A stretch of 64,000 nucleotides of DNA from Mobula birostris (Eukaryota): positions 132,314,766-132,378,765 of the forward strand of contig NC_092371.1 in NCBI RefSeq assembly GCF_030028105.1. Direction: 5' to 3'. Below, piece after piece: positions 1 to 13,739 of the stretch. The notes under the pieces are model-generated. The model did no database searches. It was given only the letters and a program-made list of their open reading frames with translations, and was not told the origin of the DNA. Within the stretch, counting starts at the first letter, position 1; the number at the start of each line of letters is the position of its first letter. The position numbers were made by a program, and so were the translations under genes.

Positions 1-790
1 CTGTGAAGGCCCTACCATTCACTGTAAAAGTCCTATCTTGGTTTGTCTTCCCAATGCAGCATCTCACACTAATCTGATTGAATGCCATTTGCCAATCCTC
101 AGCCCACTTACCTCAGTGATTAAGATCTTCCTAAAATTTTTGATAACTTTCTTCTCTGTCTACAGTACCACCTATTTTAGTACCATCTAGCTACACTTAC
201 TAGTTACACCTTGTCTGTTCATGTCCAGTGTATGAAAGTCTCCTGTGGCACACCAATAGTCACTGGCCTCCAGTCTGAGAAACAGCCTTCCTGCGCCACC
301 CTGTGCTTCCCAGCCTGGAGCCAATGATGAATGTGTTGAGCTGACTCTCCCTGTATCCCATGCATTCTACCTTCCAGACCAGCCTCTGTCCACTGCCCTG
401 CCCTCATCTATCCTGTTGGTTTCTTCAAATAAGTTCTAACAGATTTGTCAGACAAGATTTCCCACTCTCAAAGCTGTGTTCACTAATCCTAATCAGATCT
501 TGTCCATTCAAATGCTGGTTGGTTCTGTTTCTCATCACAAACAGTAACTTAACCGTCAGTGATGTCAGAGTTACTGGTTCCCTGACATATTTTTGCTGTC
601 CTCCTTAAATAACAGCTTAACAGTAGCCATCTTCCAGAATTTCACCTGTGCCCAAAGGCAAAACAAACATCTCTGCAAGGGTCTCCGCAATTTCTTAACT
701 AACTTCACACAACTCCAAGGATGCCCTTGTTCAGACAAGATTTATCCACCTGAATGTGCTTTAAGACCACCTGTACCTCCTTGGTAATTT
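1..790 (-). mobile_element. Degenerate CR1-clade LINE, RT region fragment
   Basis: Minus-strand ORF 219-407 contains SDWRPVTIGVPQE, the CR1 RT 'W..VTSGVPQG' motif; many stops and frameshifts. Boundaries approximate. Confidence 0.75.
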
Positions 791-844
791 ATTTGTGGAC
801 CAAGACTTCACTACTCATTTGTACCAATTCCTTTTCATATTATA

Positions 845-1020
845 AGGGATAAGCTGCCAGAGGAAGTGGTTAAGACAGGTACAATAACAACATTTAAAAG
901 ACACTGGACAGATGCATTGATAGTCAAGGTTTAGAGGGATATGGGTCAAACAGAAGGAAATGGGTCTGGTATGGTTTCACTTCTCGGTTGGCATGCTTCT
1001 GTGAGGTATTATTTTATGAC
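845..1020 (+). mobile_element. CR1/HER1-like LINE 3' end fragment
   Basis: agctgccagaggaagtggt...catttaaaagacactggacag...gagggatatggg matches the 3' ends of other CR1 copies in the window (e.g. 47900-48120). Confidence 0.65.
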
Positions 1021-1147
1021 TCCAAATTAACAGATGTAGACTGATAAACATGATCCAAATGGATTCACTGATTGATCACAAGTGAAATGGGAGATGTCCT
1101 GCAGAGACGGAGTTCAACAAATCCAAAAAGGGACATCTGAAATAAGG

Positions 1148-1420
1148 GCCGTGCATCAGTGCAGCTGGTAGACCCACTGCCTCTCACAACCAGGGACCCG
1201 AGTTCACCCCTCACCCTGGGTGCTGTCTGTGTGGAGTTTCTTGTTTCTCCCTGTGACCATGTGAGCTTCTCCTAGGTGCTCTGTCTCCTCCCATGTCCTA
1301 AAGACGTACAGGTTCTTTGGTTAATTGGTCCTACTGTGTCGATGAGTGGTAGAATCTTGGGGGAACTGATGAGAATATGTGGAGAATAAGTGCAGGGCTG
1401 GTGTAAATTGGTAGTTGGTA
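1148..1420 (+). mobile_element. tRNA-derived V-SINE (HE1-like)
   Basis: Decayed tRNA-like head followed by the V-domain core tgtgtggagttt...ttctccctgtgacc...ggtgctc...ctcccatgtcctaaagac; related copies at 19035-19270 and 59630-59770. Confidence 0.7.
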
Positions 1421-1555
1421 GTTTGCACCGACTGAATAGTTCTACTCTAAAACAGAAATAGCCAACAGGTCCTGTAGAATAAGAAACGGCACCAATGTTT
1501 CAGTCCTGTGAAATCAAGGAAAATTGGAAACATTGAAAATTACAATGCTGTGTAG

Positions 1556-2015
1556 AGTTTTGTTTACCCTGTTATAGGAATCAATGGGTTAAACTCAAAA
1601 GAATACAGAAAAGATTTATGGGGCTGTTGCTAGGATTAGAGGGCCTTAGTTATGGGGAGAGGTTGGCCAGGCTCATTCTTTATAGGAAAATGAAGGGGAC
1701 CTTACTGAAGTGTTAGAAATCGAGAGGCACGTATAAGGTGGATGGTAACAACCGTTTCCCCAGGGTAGGATAGTCTAAATCTAGCAAGCATAGGTTTAGG
1801 CTGAAAGGGAGAAGATTTAAAAGGGGACCTGGAGGGCAACATTTTTTAAGCAGAGGGTGATGAATATCTGGGACGAGCTGCCAAAGGAAGTAGTTGAGGC
1901 AGGTACAGTAGTATCATTTATGAAGCCCTTGGATAGGTACAGGGATGGGCAGGGTTGGCATGGAGTAGTTGGGCTGAAGGACCTGTATCCATGCTGTGTT
2001 TCTCTGAGTCTAAGA
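1556..2015 (+). mobile_element. CR1/HER1-like LINE 3' fragment
   Basis: Degenerate ORF2 C-terminus and the 3' tail gggctgaaggacctgtatccatgctgt shared with other CR1 copies. Confidence 0.65.
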
Positions 2016-2702
2016 GACAATCCAGATTGAAACTAGGATGAAATGGTATCCCATCTTCCTGTGTCTAGTTTACTCAGGCCTTTAAATATATTTTGGCCCA
2101 TCGTTTAATAAGCATTTCAAAATAAACCTGTGGCGAGTTTAGAATTGGTTGTTGCTGCAGTTCTGATTGATTGAAACATTAAATGTCTGGGATCCAGTAC
2201 ATTAGAAGAGGGTAAACTGGAAAATAGCATTGACTTTGATAAATCTGATATTATTTTCTGAGTAAGAATGCAAATCAGTAGTAATGGTCAATACAGTTAA
2301 ACCTGAATACGTGCCAGCTGTTCTGCCTGTGAGGTGGTAGTTCATCATCCCCACTATTCATTGAAGAACAAGAGAGTCCTCCCAATATTCCTTTTTCTCT
2401 ACTACCATTATAAAATTTGGTCAGGCACCTGTCTGATTTATGGGTTAATGCGTCATTATATGTACAAAGTGCCTGTCATTGTTTTCATAAGTCTTAGCAC
2501 TACAATGTAATTTTCTGTAAAATATGAGACGCTTGTAATGAGGATTTAACCTAACAAAGTGCTTTATTGTATTGGTGGCTGGGATGTATTTCAGTGGGAA
2601 CAGTTTTACACCTTCAGTAATGTACCCCAGCTGCTACTTAAGACAGCTGGTGAATGGGGAGGAGGCATCTTCTGTTTACTGATGAGCTAGCAGAGTTGTT
2701 AA

Positions 2703-2903
<201 letters not shown>

Positions 2904-3459
2904 TAGTAAGTGGAAGAACACAACATCCACTTTGTTTTGGTGTGTGTGTGTCGGGGGGTGGGGGTGGAACACATTTGCCAATCATTATCTTTGTGAAGTC
3001 GGCAGCATTTTGTGAAGATTAAGCTGATCAGGAAGATTCTTCCTTGTGGTTTCCCATTCAGTAATCATTCTCCATTCCTGAGCACTGACACCATAGTCAT
3101 ATTTTTACCCATGTGTTGTACTTCCTAGCAAAAAAAAAAACATTAAGCAAGTTTAAAATTCTCCCCCTCTAAGGGTCATCTGGGTTGTACAGTTTCCCTG
3201 CTGAGCTCACCCAACAGTCAAAAGCTGTGAGTTAAACTTGGAGCTTACCCAGTCACTATGCTGACGTATAATGCTAAGGCACCATCTTTACCCACTTGGA
3301 TGTAAATAGACATTTGTGCACTTTATTTAACCCAGTAGTGGGGATTTCAGTTTCTGAGTAATGGATACTGAGATCAGGTTGATCTTGAAAGTATCCAATC
3401 TATGAAAAATTAGCTTCATACAGTTCAATACAAAATAAATTAAACTTTAAAACTTCATA

Positions 3460-3952
3460 TAGGGTACCTCCTGTACCTAATAAGGTGGTCATTGAGTATA
3501 TGTTTGTGGTTTTCTACTGCTGTAGCTCATCCACTCCGTGGTTCAACATGTTGTGCATACAGAGATGCTCTTCTCCACACCACTGTTGTAATGTGTGGTT
3601 ATTTGAGTTACTGTCACCTTCCTGAGCTTGAATGTGTTTGGCTATTCTCCTCTGACCTCTCTAATTAACAAGGTGTTTTCGCCCACAGAACTGCTGATCA
3701 CTGGATTTTTTTCCACACTATTTTCTGTAAACTGTGGATGAAAATCCCAGGAGATCAGCAGTTTCTGAGATACTCAAACCTCACCAACAAATATTCCACA
3801 GTTAAAGTCATTTAGATCACATTTCTTCCCCATTCTGAACCTCTTGACTATGACTGTATGCTTTTATGCATTGAGCTGCTGCCACATGATTGGTTAATGA
3901 GATATTTGCATTAATGAGCAGGTGTACCTAATTAAAATGGTCACTGAGTGTA
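3460..3952. mobile_element. Non-autonomous Tc1/mariner-derived element
   Basis: Ends in aggtgtacctaattaaaatggtcactgagtg-TA, a Tc1-type terminal sequence, with a direct copy gtacctaataaggtggtcattgagt near 3474; no ORF. Confidence 0.6.
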
Positions 3953-4151
3953 CTTTATATAATAGTAAATAACTGCAAATTAAATGCAATTAGCAGTAGT
4001 GCAGTAATTGATTTAGAGCAAGGACTGCGGGGCACTCCTTGGTGTGGTGAGTTTAATATATTGGTGTGCTGGTAATAAAGTATCTGGATGGTCAGCACTA
4101 GACTGTATTTCTCACTGTCAGTGATGAAGGATGTGCCAGTTGGCTTAATAA

Positions 4152-4355
<204 letters not shown>

Positions 4356-4935
4356 TAACAGTACCAGCTTCTCGATGCCGATTGCCGCGTTACAAAAAAG
4401 TGTGTCATGGCTTTAGAGCATAAGAGACATGTTGAAGACTGTTCCCATAGCTGAGAGGTAATACCTGTCTGGATAAACAGCCTTTGAGCTCTTTCCTCTG
4501 CTAGTTATGAATAGTTTGAAAGCGCAGGTTTACAAAACGTATTCCACTCCATCTCATGAGGGAGAAAGAAGATTTAGAGTTTCTAAATGCAGTTTAATCA
4601 CAAATAATTCAGGAAGACACTCTGTAATCAGAGAATAGATAGAAATCCAAACCTACTATATCAAGAGGTAGTATTTCTGGGGAAATTGGAAGAGCACAAA
4701 AAGAATGGGGCAGTGTTAAGGGAGAGTTAGGTGAAGAACGTTGAGTGTTGTATATAAAATCTGGTGCGGATCGGTGAGTCAGAAGACCTCTTTTTGTATA
4801 ATCTGTGTTACTTGAGGGTGAGGGAGAGATGATGAATCATTTGCTGAAAGTTTGAGGAGGCTTGTTCAGATTGGGAATGAAACCTGAAAGCTGTGGTGCC
4901 ATTTATCCTCTGAGCAACAGGGAGCTATAGTTTAA

Positions 4936-5220
<285 letters not shown>

Positions 5221-5449
5221 TGATCTCAACTTGGCTGATAGGATAACATTCTTCAGGGTGTTGCTCAGTTATTCCCAGCTGCACAGGCAGACTCGGAATT
5301 CTCAGAAGAAGGCAGCTTAAGGATGAGGTTTATGGTGTCAGGCTCACTGTAGGTGAATAAATTGGAATCTGTCAGAATCCATTAAGTTTTAATCACAATT
5401 CCTTAAAGACTTCAGGAATAAACACTGAGAAAAATATCTGCAGCTGGAG

Positions 5450-5690
5450 TCCCTAAGGCAGTCCTGCGTTGATTTCAACGCTAACCGGCAACTCCTGCAA
5501 TGTCGCTGGTGCCAACCTGTATCGGTCTCTGCCACTCCTTTGGATTCATCAGCTGCGTGGAAGGATGGATCCTGCTACATGGGCAATGGCTTGCTCTCTA
5601 TTACATATTGTCCTGGCTTGTGTACTGGTTTGCATGTGATAGCTAGGATGCAATGTCCATAGTCAACCCCGACCAAAAGAGGGCCATCAT
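5450..5690 (+). mobile_element. SINE-like repeat related to the element at 18505-18800
   Basis: Shares ctggtgccaa.ctgtatc...c.cttgga..catc.g...tg...tgc..catggg/acaa with 18630-18720; its 3' end matches the reverse complement of 38725-38775. Confidence 0.55.
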
Positions 5691-6041
5691 TGTCATCTGA
5701 AGGCCACTTAGCTGCGAGACTGGAAGGTAATTGTTTCTCATTGCATAGTACAGCTAAAATAACGTGGCCTTGATTAGATAAGCTGGTCCCCTGCAGTCTG
5801 GTCTGGTGATCAAAGCTGGCTTACAGCCACATTGTGGCTCGTTGCTACAAGATGCATTTACCACAGATCCACCAGTAGATTGCTTTTCTTCCTAATTTTG
5901 GTGCTGTGCCTTGTTCTATATAAACTTTAACAAATTCTTTAACTGGGTTGAATTGAGGAGGTGACACCAGCTTTCAGTTTTGGAAGGCAGCTGAAGGTCT
6001 GAAATAATGGGCAGTTGTGAAACACTTTTTTTTTCCAACAG

Positions 6042-6169
6042 GTATCCTGGATACTTTGGAAGGAGTGAATGCTGGCCCAGTGAGATTCCCCCGAGACGTC
6101 TCAGCACTTTCTGTGACTGTACCAAACAGCACAGTGAGATTGATTGGTGCCAGCCTGCAGATGCATTGA
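6042..6169 (+). CDS. YIPF3: YIPF3 terminal coding exon
   Basis: Poly-pyrimidine ttttttttttccaacag| acceptor; completes the phase-1 Gly codon and encodes GILDTLEGVNAGPVRFPRDVSALSVTVPNSTVRLIGASLQMH, TGA at 6167-6169. Confidence 0.93.
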
Positions 6170-6306
6170 CCCTGCGTAATCTTGGGATTTCTGTTTCCTT
6201 CTTGCTCTCAGAGATCCGAGGGTACTGCGTACAGACCGTGCAAGGTGGAGGGTACTGAGGGGAAGTGTTTATACTCTCCTGTAGACAGCCGTACCTGTAC
6301 CTGCAG

Positions 6307-6476
6307 AATAAACTGCTTCATCATACTAGTAGGGACGGGGCTGTGGTTCAACACTTCCCCACGTCAACAGATCAAGACAAGTGTATATAATTGAGCATTA
6401 CTTTTAAAAAATACATATGTGACTTTTGTTGTTTGATTTCTCATTGCTTGGAAGAGTTATTGGATTGTTAAATAAA
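6307..6476 (+). terminator. Candidate YIPF3 polyadenylation signals
   Basis: AATAAA at 6307-6312 and 6471-6476 downstream of the stop, in AT-rich UTR. Confidence 0.55.
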
Positions 6477-6559
6477 TGCATGTCACTTGTACAACTTTTA
6501 TTTAGTTAAACAAAACTACAACAATTCTGGCCCAGGAGTGTGAAAATCCTTCCCCCAGA

Positions 6560-7910
6560 GTGGAGCAGAGCTGTAGAAATTGGCATTGATTCCCAGAAGT
6601 AGCTTCAGGTTGGAGCTGTTGACTTCTGTAACTAGGGTAGGAGAGATGGCCTCAGTAGATGGAGGAAAGGGTGAATTCTCATTCCCTGTGACTCAGCAAC
6701 TAAAGAAACAGCAGAATTAAGTCACTGACCTCGCATTGAATAAAATACTGGATGAACTTCCTGCTCAGTTCTATGCTGCGATGTGAACCCTCCTCCCCAG
6801 TGTTGGTCTCAGACTGTGCCTCTTCCCTGCTCCTCCCCATTTCCTGCTCACCAGCACCCCTTCTTGTATCACTGCTCATTGTCATCCTCGCTCTCCTTTA
6901 CCCTCAATCCCCTTTGCATGATGCTGCTCTCTCTTGCCCCACCTCCACTATCCCCTTGCTCCTGCCTTGTACTCCGTGCAGTGTGAGTTACTGAGAGTGG
7001 TGGGAAGGAGGAGTTTTGTGCAAAAACAGTATTCAGGAGGTTCATTTTCCTGAATATTCCATTGGGATTGAGGATGGCCTTCCATGTGAGATTTTGTGGT
7101 GACTGATGAAACACTGGGGAAATGGCACACTCTTCTACACATGGAGTAGAGGGTGCCAGAATGGGTGGATGGCTGATTTGGGAAGTGATCTGATCCTCAT
7201 GACCTTTACGCTGGACTCCTTCCTGATTTACCTAACTCTAGATTTCCTTTGCCATCCTGGCTGCCACTGACTTTAGCATGTTGTGGGCCAAGGATTCTCA
7301 CAAGTTGATGGGGAGATGATTTTTTTTTTCAAGAAGATTTTGAGCACGTTGTTTAATCTTTTCCTCTCTCAGCCTGGTATTCTCTTCCTGAGACAAAGTA
7401 TTTGTTTCAGGAATCTGGGGTCAGGTATATGAAAGACATGGCCTGTCCATCATTACCAAGATCTGGATGCTTGGGAGAAAAGACTGATTTTGGCTTGTTT
7501 GTCCATCTGTTCAACTTGGAGAAGATGGCATTGTAAGTGTTTTTCCAATGCCTTCAGATGCCTGCTGTAGGTGGTCCAGAGTCTCAAACACAAGACGGAC
7601 CACCAACAGCAGGCATATGAAGGCATCACTGCTGCTTGATAGACCATGCGTTCTATGTCTGATCTGAAGTCTTGATCTTCAAACCCATTTCCTCAATCAT
7701 TGGTGTAGTGAAGATGAGAATGAATTTCATCATTGATATCTGCTTCACTGAGAAATGGCTCCTGAGGCAGAGGTTAAGTGGAGCCTCCTGTGGAAGGTAT
7801 GGCTGTTGAATTGTTAATGTTGTACAGAACAGAACAGAACAATCCAGGGCGCGTTGAGAGTTCCTCACTGCATCTTGTTTGGCACTTTGGGCAGCAACCA
7901 TACCATTTCT
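6560..7910 (-). mobile_element. Degenerate RTE-clade LINE
   Basis: Minus ORF 7453-7647 VYQAAVMPS...WTTYSRHLKALEKHLQCHL resembles the RTE/BovB 'VY.AVV...WT.Y.RH.K.LE.FHQ.CL' region; upstream KADINDEI-like motif near 7720-7750. Confidence 0.7.
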
Positions 7911-8704
7911 CTTGCATTTGTGTGTTTTATGAGGCCAAGTTGCTAGCTCGATGCCTCAACCCAGCACGGATGGAAAACATGCAAGAAGCTGGCCGGATTT
8001 GAATCTGGGATCTCTTGTTCTGAAGTACATTGAGGTCAGAGTAAAGCAAAAAGGCTTGTGTCAAATACTGGAATATTAATACACCAGAATCCTTGAAAAA
8101 TATAGAATGTATAGGAATGAAATTGGAAGAGAATAAAGGGAAATAAAGAGAGGAAATTAAAAATACTGGCAAGTGAACTCAATGAAAATTCAAAGGTGTT
8201 TGGAACTAGCAAGAGAAAAAAGAGAAGAATGATGGTGGCTTATCAAAAGTCAAAGTTTCATTTATTACCAAAGTATACAACTCTGAAATTCTTCTCCAGG
8301 TAGCCACGAAACCAAGAAAGAAAAGAGTGGCAACACTATTATCAACCCCCAAATCCACTCCCCCGAACAAAAAAAGGAGAAAGATTGGGCAAAAACACAG
8401 AATATAAAATACTGTAAGACTGAATAAAAAAAGTGCTTGCAGTTTAATGTCATTGTCGGGCAAATAACTAGAATCAGTTCTGATGTTTGATCTAAACCTC
8501 TTTAACAAGGCACAGATTAATAAAGTACAGTCAACTTCAATTTAAGGGATGGTTGTGTCTGACTAATTTGATTGAATTCTTTGAAGAGGTAACAAAAAAG
8601 ATCAATGATAGCAGTGTATTTGATGTGGTCTACATGAATTTTAGCAAGGCTTTTGATAAGGTCCCCTGTATTAAAGCGAGTGGAAGTAGTAAAACCCATG
8701 GGAA

Positions 8705-9875
8705 CAATAAGACATAGGAGCAGAATTAGGCCATTTGGCTCATCAAGTCTGCTCCACCATTCAGTCATGGCTGATCCTCTTTTCCCGTCCTCAGCCCACT
8801 CCCCGGAACTTTTGATGTGTTGTTCAATTGAGAACCTATCAAGCTCTGCCTTAAATACCCCCATCAGCCTGGCCTCCACAACTGCCCGTGGTAATAAATT
8901 CCACACATTCACCACCCTCTGGCTAAAGAAGTTCCTCCTCTTCTCTGTTTTAAATGGATGCCCCTCTATACTGTGGCTGTGCCCTCCGATCCTAGACTCC
9001 CCCACCATGGGAAACATCCTTTCCACATCGACTCTATCTAGGCCTCTCAACATACGAAAGATTTCAGTGAGATACCCCCCCAATCCTTCTAAACTCCAGT
9101 AAGTACAGACCCAGAGCTATTAAATGTTCCTCATATGATAACCCTTTCATTCCCAGAATCATCCTTGTGAACCTCCTTTGAACCCTCTCCAATATCACCA
9201 CATCTTTTCTTAGATGAGGAGCTCAAAACTGTTCACAATACTCGAGGTGAGGCCTCACAAGTGCCTTATAAAGCCTGAGTATTACATCCCTGCTGTTGTA
9301 TTCTAGACCTCTTGAAATGAATGCTAACATTACATTTGCCTTCCTCACCACCAACTCTTACCTGCAAGTTAACCTTTAGGGTGTTCTGCACAAGGACTCC
9401 CAAGACCCTTTGTATCTCAGATTTTGGGATTTTCTCCCTGCTTAGAAAATAGTCTGCTCATTTATTTCTTCTACCAAAGTGCATGACCATGAGCATTGTA
9501 TTTCATTTACCATTCTCTTGTCCATTCCCCAAAACACAAAATACTCTGCAGATGTTGGGGTTGCTGTTTGTTTCCACGAATGCTGCCCAACCTGCTGAGT
9601 TCCTTCAGCGTGTTGCGCGTGTTGCCTTGTCTGTTCTCCTGATCTGTCTAAGTCCTTCTGCAGCCTTCCTGTTTGCTCAGCATGAACTGTCCGTGGCACC
9701 AATCTTTGTATCTTCCACATACTTGGCACCAAAGCCATCTATTCCAACATCTAAATCATTGATATACAGCATAAAAAGAAATGGTCCCAACACCAACCCC
9801 TCCAAAATACCACTAGTGATTGGCAGCCAACCAGAAAAGAATTCTTTTATTCCCACTTTCTACCTCCTATCCAGG
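8705..9875 (-). mobile_element. CR1/HER1-like LINE 3' half
   Basis: Minus ORF 8517-9083 GLDRVDVERMFPMVGESR...RRNFFSQRVVNVWN is the CR1 ORF2 C-terminus; interrupted near 9533-9625 by a Penelope-tail fragment. Confidence 0.85.
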
Positions 9876-10645
9876 AAGGAATGGCAAACTGCATCCAAAA
9901 TAGTGACAGAATTGATGTTTTTTTTTAAACAGACTGTTGACCAGTGAAATCTCTGTTTTGCACCTGGTCACTTACATTTTGTTCTATTCATTAATTACGG
10001 AGAAAATGTAAAGGGGAAATATAAATAAGTCTGCAGGTAATACAAAAATTAGCTGTATAGTTAACAGGAAAAAATTCTTAGATTCCAGTGTGGCAAAAAT
10101 AATTGACAAATTTAATGCCGAAAAGTCTCAATTGTAGAAGGTGAGAGACTATATATTAAGTGGCAGGATATCAAGTGGTATGAAAAAGCACATCCACAGA
10201 GCCTTAAAGGTAAATGACGGGTAGATATGCTAGTCTAAAAAGTCATACAAGATACTTTATTAATAAAAGCCAGAGAGTGAAAGAGAAGGGGAAACCATGG
10301 CAGTTGCTGAAAGCCTGAAACCAAATGGAAAATGAATTAGAACTTGAATTAGTTTATATTTGTCACAGGTACCTAGATACAATGAGTTAAGGTAGCGCAA
10401 GGTAAAAAGTTCAAAGTATATTTATTATCAAAGTACATGTTACTTTGCAAAGTACATGATTCATTTTCTTGCAGGCATACTTAATAGATGCAATAACCAT
10501 AATAGAACCAATGAAGGAGTGCATCCAATAGGGTGGACAACCAGTGTTCAAAAGACAACAAACTACATATATAAAATTTAAAAAACAATAATAATTAATT
10601 AATAGATAGATAAATAGACAAACAAATGAGCTGGCAAGCAATAAA

Positions 10646-11044
10646 GCTACACACATCAAAGTTGCTGGTGAACGCAGCAGGCCAGGCAGCATCTCTAGGA
10701 AGAGGTACAGTCGACGTTTTGGGCTGAGACCCTTCCCCCCTCCCCCTTTTCCTTCTCCCCGGACCTCCTGTCCCATGATCCTCTCATATCCCCTTTGCCA
10801 ATCACCTGTCCAGCTCTTGGCTCCATCCCTCCCCCTCCTGTCTTCTCCTATCATTTTGGATCTCCCACTTTCAAATCTCTTACTAGCTCTTCCTTCAGTT
10901 AGTCCTGACGAAGGGTCTTGGCCCGAAACGTCGACTGTCCCTCTTCCTAGAGATGCTGCCTGGCCTGCTGCGTTCACCAGCAACTTGATGTGTGTAACTT
11001 GAATTTCCAGCATCTGCAGAATTCCTCGTGTTTGCGTTTTTAAA
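10646..11044 (+). mobile_element. Penelope-like element pLTR insertion with inverted 5' arm and 13-bp TSD
   Basis: 10649-10735 is the reverse complement of about 10910-10995; flanked by the direct repeat ggcaagcaataaa at 10633-10645 and 11045-11057. Confidence 0.8.
10901..10936 (+). ncRNA. Minimal type I hammerhead ribozyme motif (Penelope pLTR)
   Basis: AGTC-CTGACGA-A-GGGTCTTGGCCC-GAAA-CG-TC-GACT: intact catalytic core, stem I agtc/gact, stem II GGG/CCC, palindromic ACGT in place of stem III. Confidence 0.7.
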
Positions 11045-13739
11045 GGCAAGCAATAAATATCAAGTACATGAGATGAAGAGTCTTTGACAGTCCACAGGTT
11101 GTGGGAACAGTTCAGTAACCCTCTGGTTCTAGAGCCAGATGGCTGAGGGGTAGTAACTGTTGCTGAACCTGGTAGTTTGGGTCTTGAGGTACCTGTACCA
11201 CCTCCCTGATGGCAGCAGCGAGAAGAGACCATGACCTGGGTGGTGGGGGCCCCTGATATTAGACATTGCCTTCCTACAATGCTCAATGGTGGGAAGGGCT
11301 TTACTCGTGGTGAACTGGTCATATCCACTACTTTTTGTAGGATTTTCCATTCTAGGCTGTGATGCAGCCAACCAACTTACACTCCATCTATAGAATGTTG
11401 TCAAAGTTTTTGATGCCATGCCGCATCTTCACAAACTTCTAAGGAGGTAGAGGTGCTGCCGTGCTTTCTTCGTAATGGCACTTGTGTGCTGGGCCCAGGA
11501 CGGGTCCTCTGAAATGAAAACACAGAGGAATTTAAAGTTGCTGACCCTCACCAAACAATAACAAAACACAGAATACAGCATAACAGCTCCAGAGAAAGTG
11601 CAGTGCAAATAAGCAATACGGCGCAAGATCAACATGAAGTAGATTGGGAGGACAAAAGTCCATTTTATTGTACTAGGGAACCATTCAATGGTCTTATAAC
11701 AGTGGTGTTAGAAGTTGTCCCTGAGCCTGGTGGTATGTCCATTCAGGCTTTTGTACCTTCTGCCCGATGGGAGGGGAGAGGAGAGAAGAGAATGTCTGGG
11801 GTGGGTGGGGCCTTTGACTATGTTGGCTGCTTAATGAGAATCAGAATCAGGTTTATTATCACTGGCATGTGACGTAAAATTTGTTAACTTAGCTGCAGTA
11901 GTTTAATGCAATACATAATCTAGCAGACAGAAAAAAATAATAAATATAATAAATAAACAAGTAAATCAAATACATATATTGAATAGATTAAAAAATAACA
12001 TGCAAAAACAGAAATACTGTATATTAAAAAAGTGAGGTAGTGTCCAAAGATTCAATGTCCATTTAGGAATCAGATAGCAGAGGGGAAGAAGCTGTTCCTG
12101 AATCACTGAATGTGTGTCTTCAGGCTTCTGTATCTCCTACCTGATGGTAACAGTGAGAAAAGGGCATGTCCTGGGTGCTGGAGGTCTTTAATAATGGAGG
12201 TTGCCTTTCTGAGACACCGCTCCCTAAAGATGTCCTGGGTACTTTGTAAGCTAGTATCCAAGATGGAGCTGACTAGATTTACAACCTTCTGCAGCTTCTT
12301 TCAGTCCTGTGCAGTAGGCCCTCCATACCAGACAGTGATGCAGCCTGTCAGAATGCTCTCCATGGTACAACTATAGATATTTTCGAGTGTATTTGACATG
12401 CCAAATCTCTTCAAACGCCGAATAAAGTACAGCCGCTGTCTTGCCTTCTTTATGACTACATCGATATGTTGGAACCAAGTTAGATCTTCAGCGATCTTGA
12501 CACCCAGGAACATGAACTTGCTCACTCTCTCTACTTCTGATCTCTCTATGAGGATTGGTATGTGTTCCTTCATCTTAGTTTTCCTGAAGTCCACAATCAG
12601 CCCTATGGACAAAGTCCATGGAGGAGAGACTGGTTCAGTGATGTGCTGACCTGTATCCACAACTCTTTGCAGTTTCTTGTGGTTGCCATACCAAGCCATG
12701 ATACATCCAGATCAGATGCTTTCTGTAGTGCATGATAACAATTGGTAAGGGCTGATAGGGACATGTCAAATTTCTTAAGCCTCCTTGGTAAATGGAGGCA
12801 TTGGTGAGCTTTTTTAGGCTGTGGTGTCTACATCATCGGTGATGTTCGCTCTGAGGAACTCCGTTGATGTAAGGCGGGAGCATGCGCCCCTTCCTGAAGT
12901 CATCGAATGACCAGCTCTTTTGTTTTGTCGATATTGAAAGGTTGTTGACATAATACAACGTTACTAACCTCTCAACCTCCTGTCTTTAACAATGGTTGTG
13001 GCACAGCCCAATGCAGTAACATCATCTGCAAACTTAGAAATGAAGTTAGAGCAGAATCGCAGAAGCATGCGTGGGCAAACAGTAGAGGGCAGAAGATGCT
13101 ACCTTGCGAGACACCAGCGTTTAGAATAATCATGATGGAGGTGTTGCTGTCTTTCCTTAATGATTGCAGTCTCAATCAGGAAGTCGAGGATCGAGTTGCA
13201 GAGGGAGGCTCTAACTCCCAGGGTCCAGAGTTTGGTGATAAACTTGCTTGGACTTGTAGTTTTTTTTTGCTGCAGCAGCAGTACAGTACAATATGTAATG
13301 TGTACGATAAATTACGATAAGAAATATATACAATAAGTAGTTCAGAAAGAGAGCAATGATAGTGAGGTCGTGTTCGTGGGTTCATTGTCCGTTCAGAATT
13401 CCGATGGCGGAGGGAAAACTGGTGCGTGTGTCTTCTGATCCTGTGTAGTGGCCCCTCCATACCAGACGGTGGCGCAACCAGCATGTACACCTGCAGAAAT
13501 TTGTCCAGTCGTCGGTGACCGTACCAAATCCTTCACACTCCTAATGAAATGTCGCCTCCGCTGGCGTGACCTCTTCGTACTTCCATCGATATGTTGAGCC
13601 CAGGAATCTTAAGAAGCCTAAAAATATATAAAATCGATAAACCTTTCTGCTAAATGCTCAACCCTGGGAATAAAACTGCATATTTGGGCGCATTTAAAAT
13701 AAATATTACAAATGCTTACTGGTTTCGAACTTAGTGTGT

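Larger units (their letters stand above)
10350..13610 (-). mobile_element. Cluster of nested Rex/Babar-clade LINE fragments
   Basis: Repeated KKARQRLYFIRRLKRFGM...ESILTGCITVWYG motifs (ORFs 11429-11635, 12301-12699) and a (agaatc)n tail near 11837-11850. Confidence 0.8.

Noticed and set aside
4829-4887. Possible C/D box snoRNA in a YIPF3 intron (ATGATGA...CTGA...CTGA)
   Set aside because: Short, no terminal stem, and no rRNA/snRNA-antisense guide recognised; would need a snoscan or Rfam hit.
10411-11328. 305-aa minus ORF, and ORFs 39664-40309
   Set aside because: Chance read-through across Rex 3'UTR and Penelope pLTR sequence; the same peptides recur at each repeat copy.
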